64,000 nt of DNA, taken from positions 1,612,001-1,676,000 of the forward strand of contig OY986950.1 of NCBI GenBank assembly GCA_963920595.1. The letters run 5' to 3'. The notes below the pieces were generated by a model. The model ran no database searches, had not been told where the DNA came from, and saw only the letters and a program-made list of their open reading frames with translations. Below, piece after piece: positions 63,925-64,000 of the stretch. Within the stretch, counting starts at the first letter, position 1, and each line of letters opens with the position of its first letter. The stretch is from Eimeria praecox (lineage: Eukaryota). Made by a program: the position numbers and the translations under genes.

Positions 63925-64000
63925 ACTGTTACAGAGACAGCAAGGCACCAGACATCCAATAGATATGAAACCGGCAGCAGCAACAGCAGCAGCAACAGCA

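Larger units (their letters stand above)
29500..64000. repeat. CAG/CTG-rich (repeat-rich, 'R'-type) chromosomal segment
   Basis: Dense trinucleotide tracts in exons, introns and intergenic DNA; essentially absent before ~22.8 kb. Confidence 0.9.

Noticed and set aside
33900..64000. Poly-Cys, poly-Leu and poly-Ser ORFs as metallothionein-like or membrane proteins
   Set aside because: They are alternative-frame or intronic readings of CAG/CTG tracts, which contain no stop codons.

Overview
This is eukaryotic, intron-containing DNA, almost certainly from a coccidian apicomplexan of the genus Eimeria. The signs are dense (CAG/CTG)n tracts, interstitial AAACCCT heptamers, TGCATGCA octamers and homopolymer-rich proteins. 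The window has three zones. (1) 1-~17.7 kb is a CAG-free hierarchical tandem array with no recognisable gene: a 651-bp monomer nested in 4.6-6.6-kb higher-order units, with mosaic copies and a ~1.5-kb unique insert. (2) ~17.7-29.5 kb is relatively repeat-poor and carries a 5-exon PDK1-like AGC kinase with a C-terminal PH domain and non-canonical HRDIRPEN/DFD motifs. (3) ~29.5-64 kb is repeat-rich and carries a Pumilio/PUF protein (8 repeats, atypical recognition residues in R1 and R7), a WDR82/Swd2-like WD40 gene, a Q/R/S-rich unknown gene, DAD1/OST2 (first TM helix encoded by a CTG run) and a large PAN/apple-domain protein whose domains are split by homopolymer insertions. Gene models were assembled by eye from GT-AG junctions and phase matching, and family calls come from remembered motifs, not database searches. 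Most short ORFs in the supplied track are repeat artefacts.
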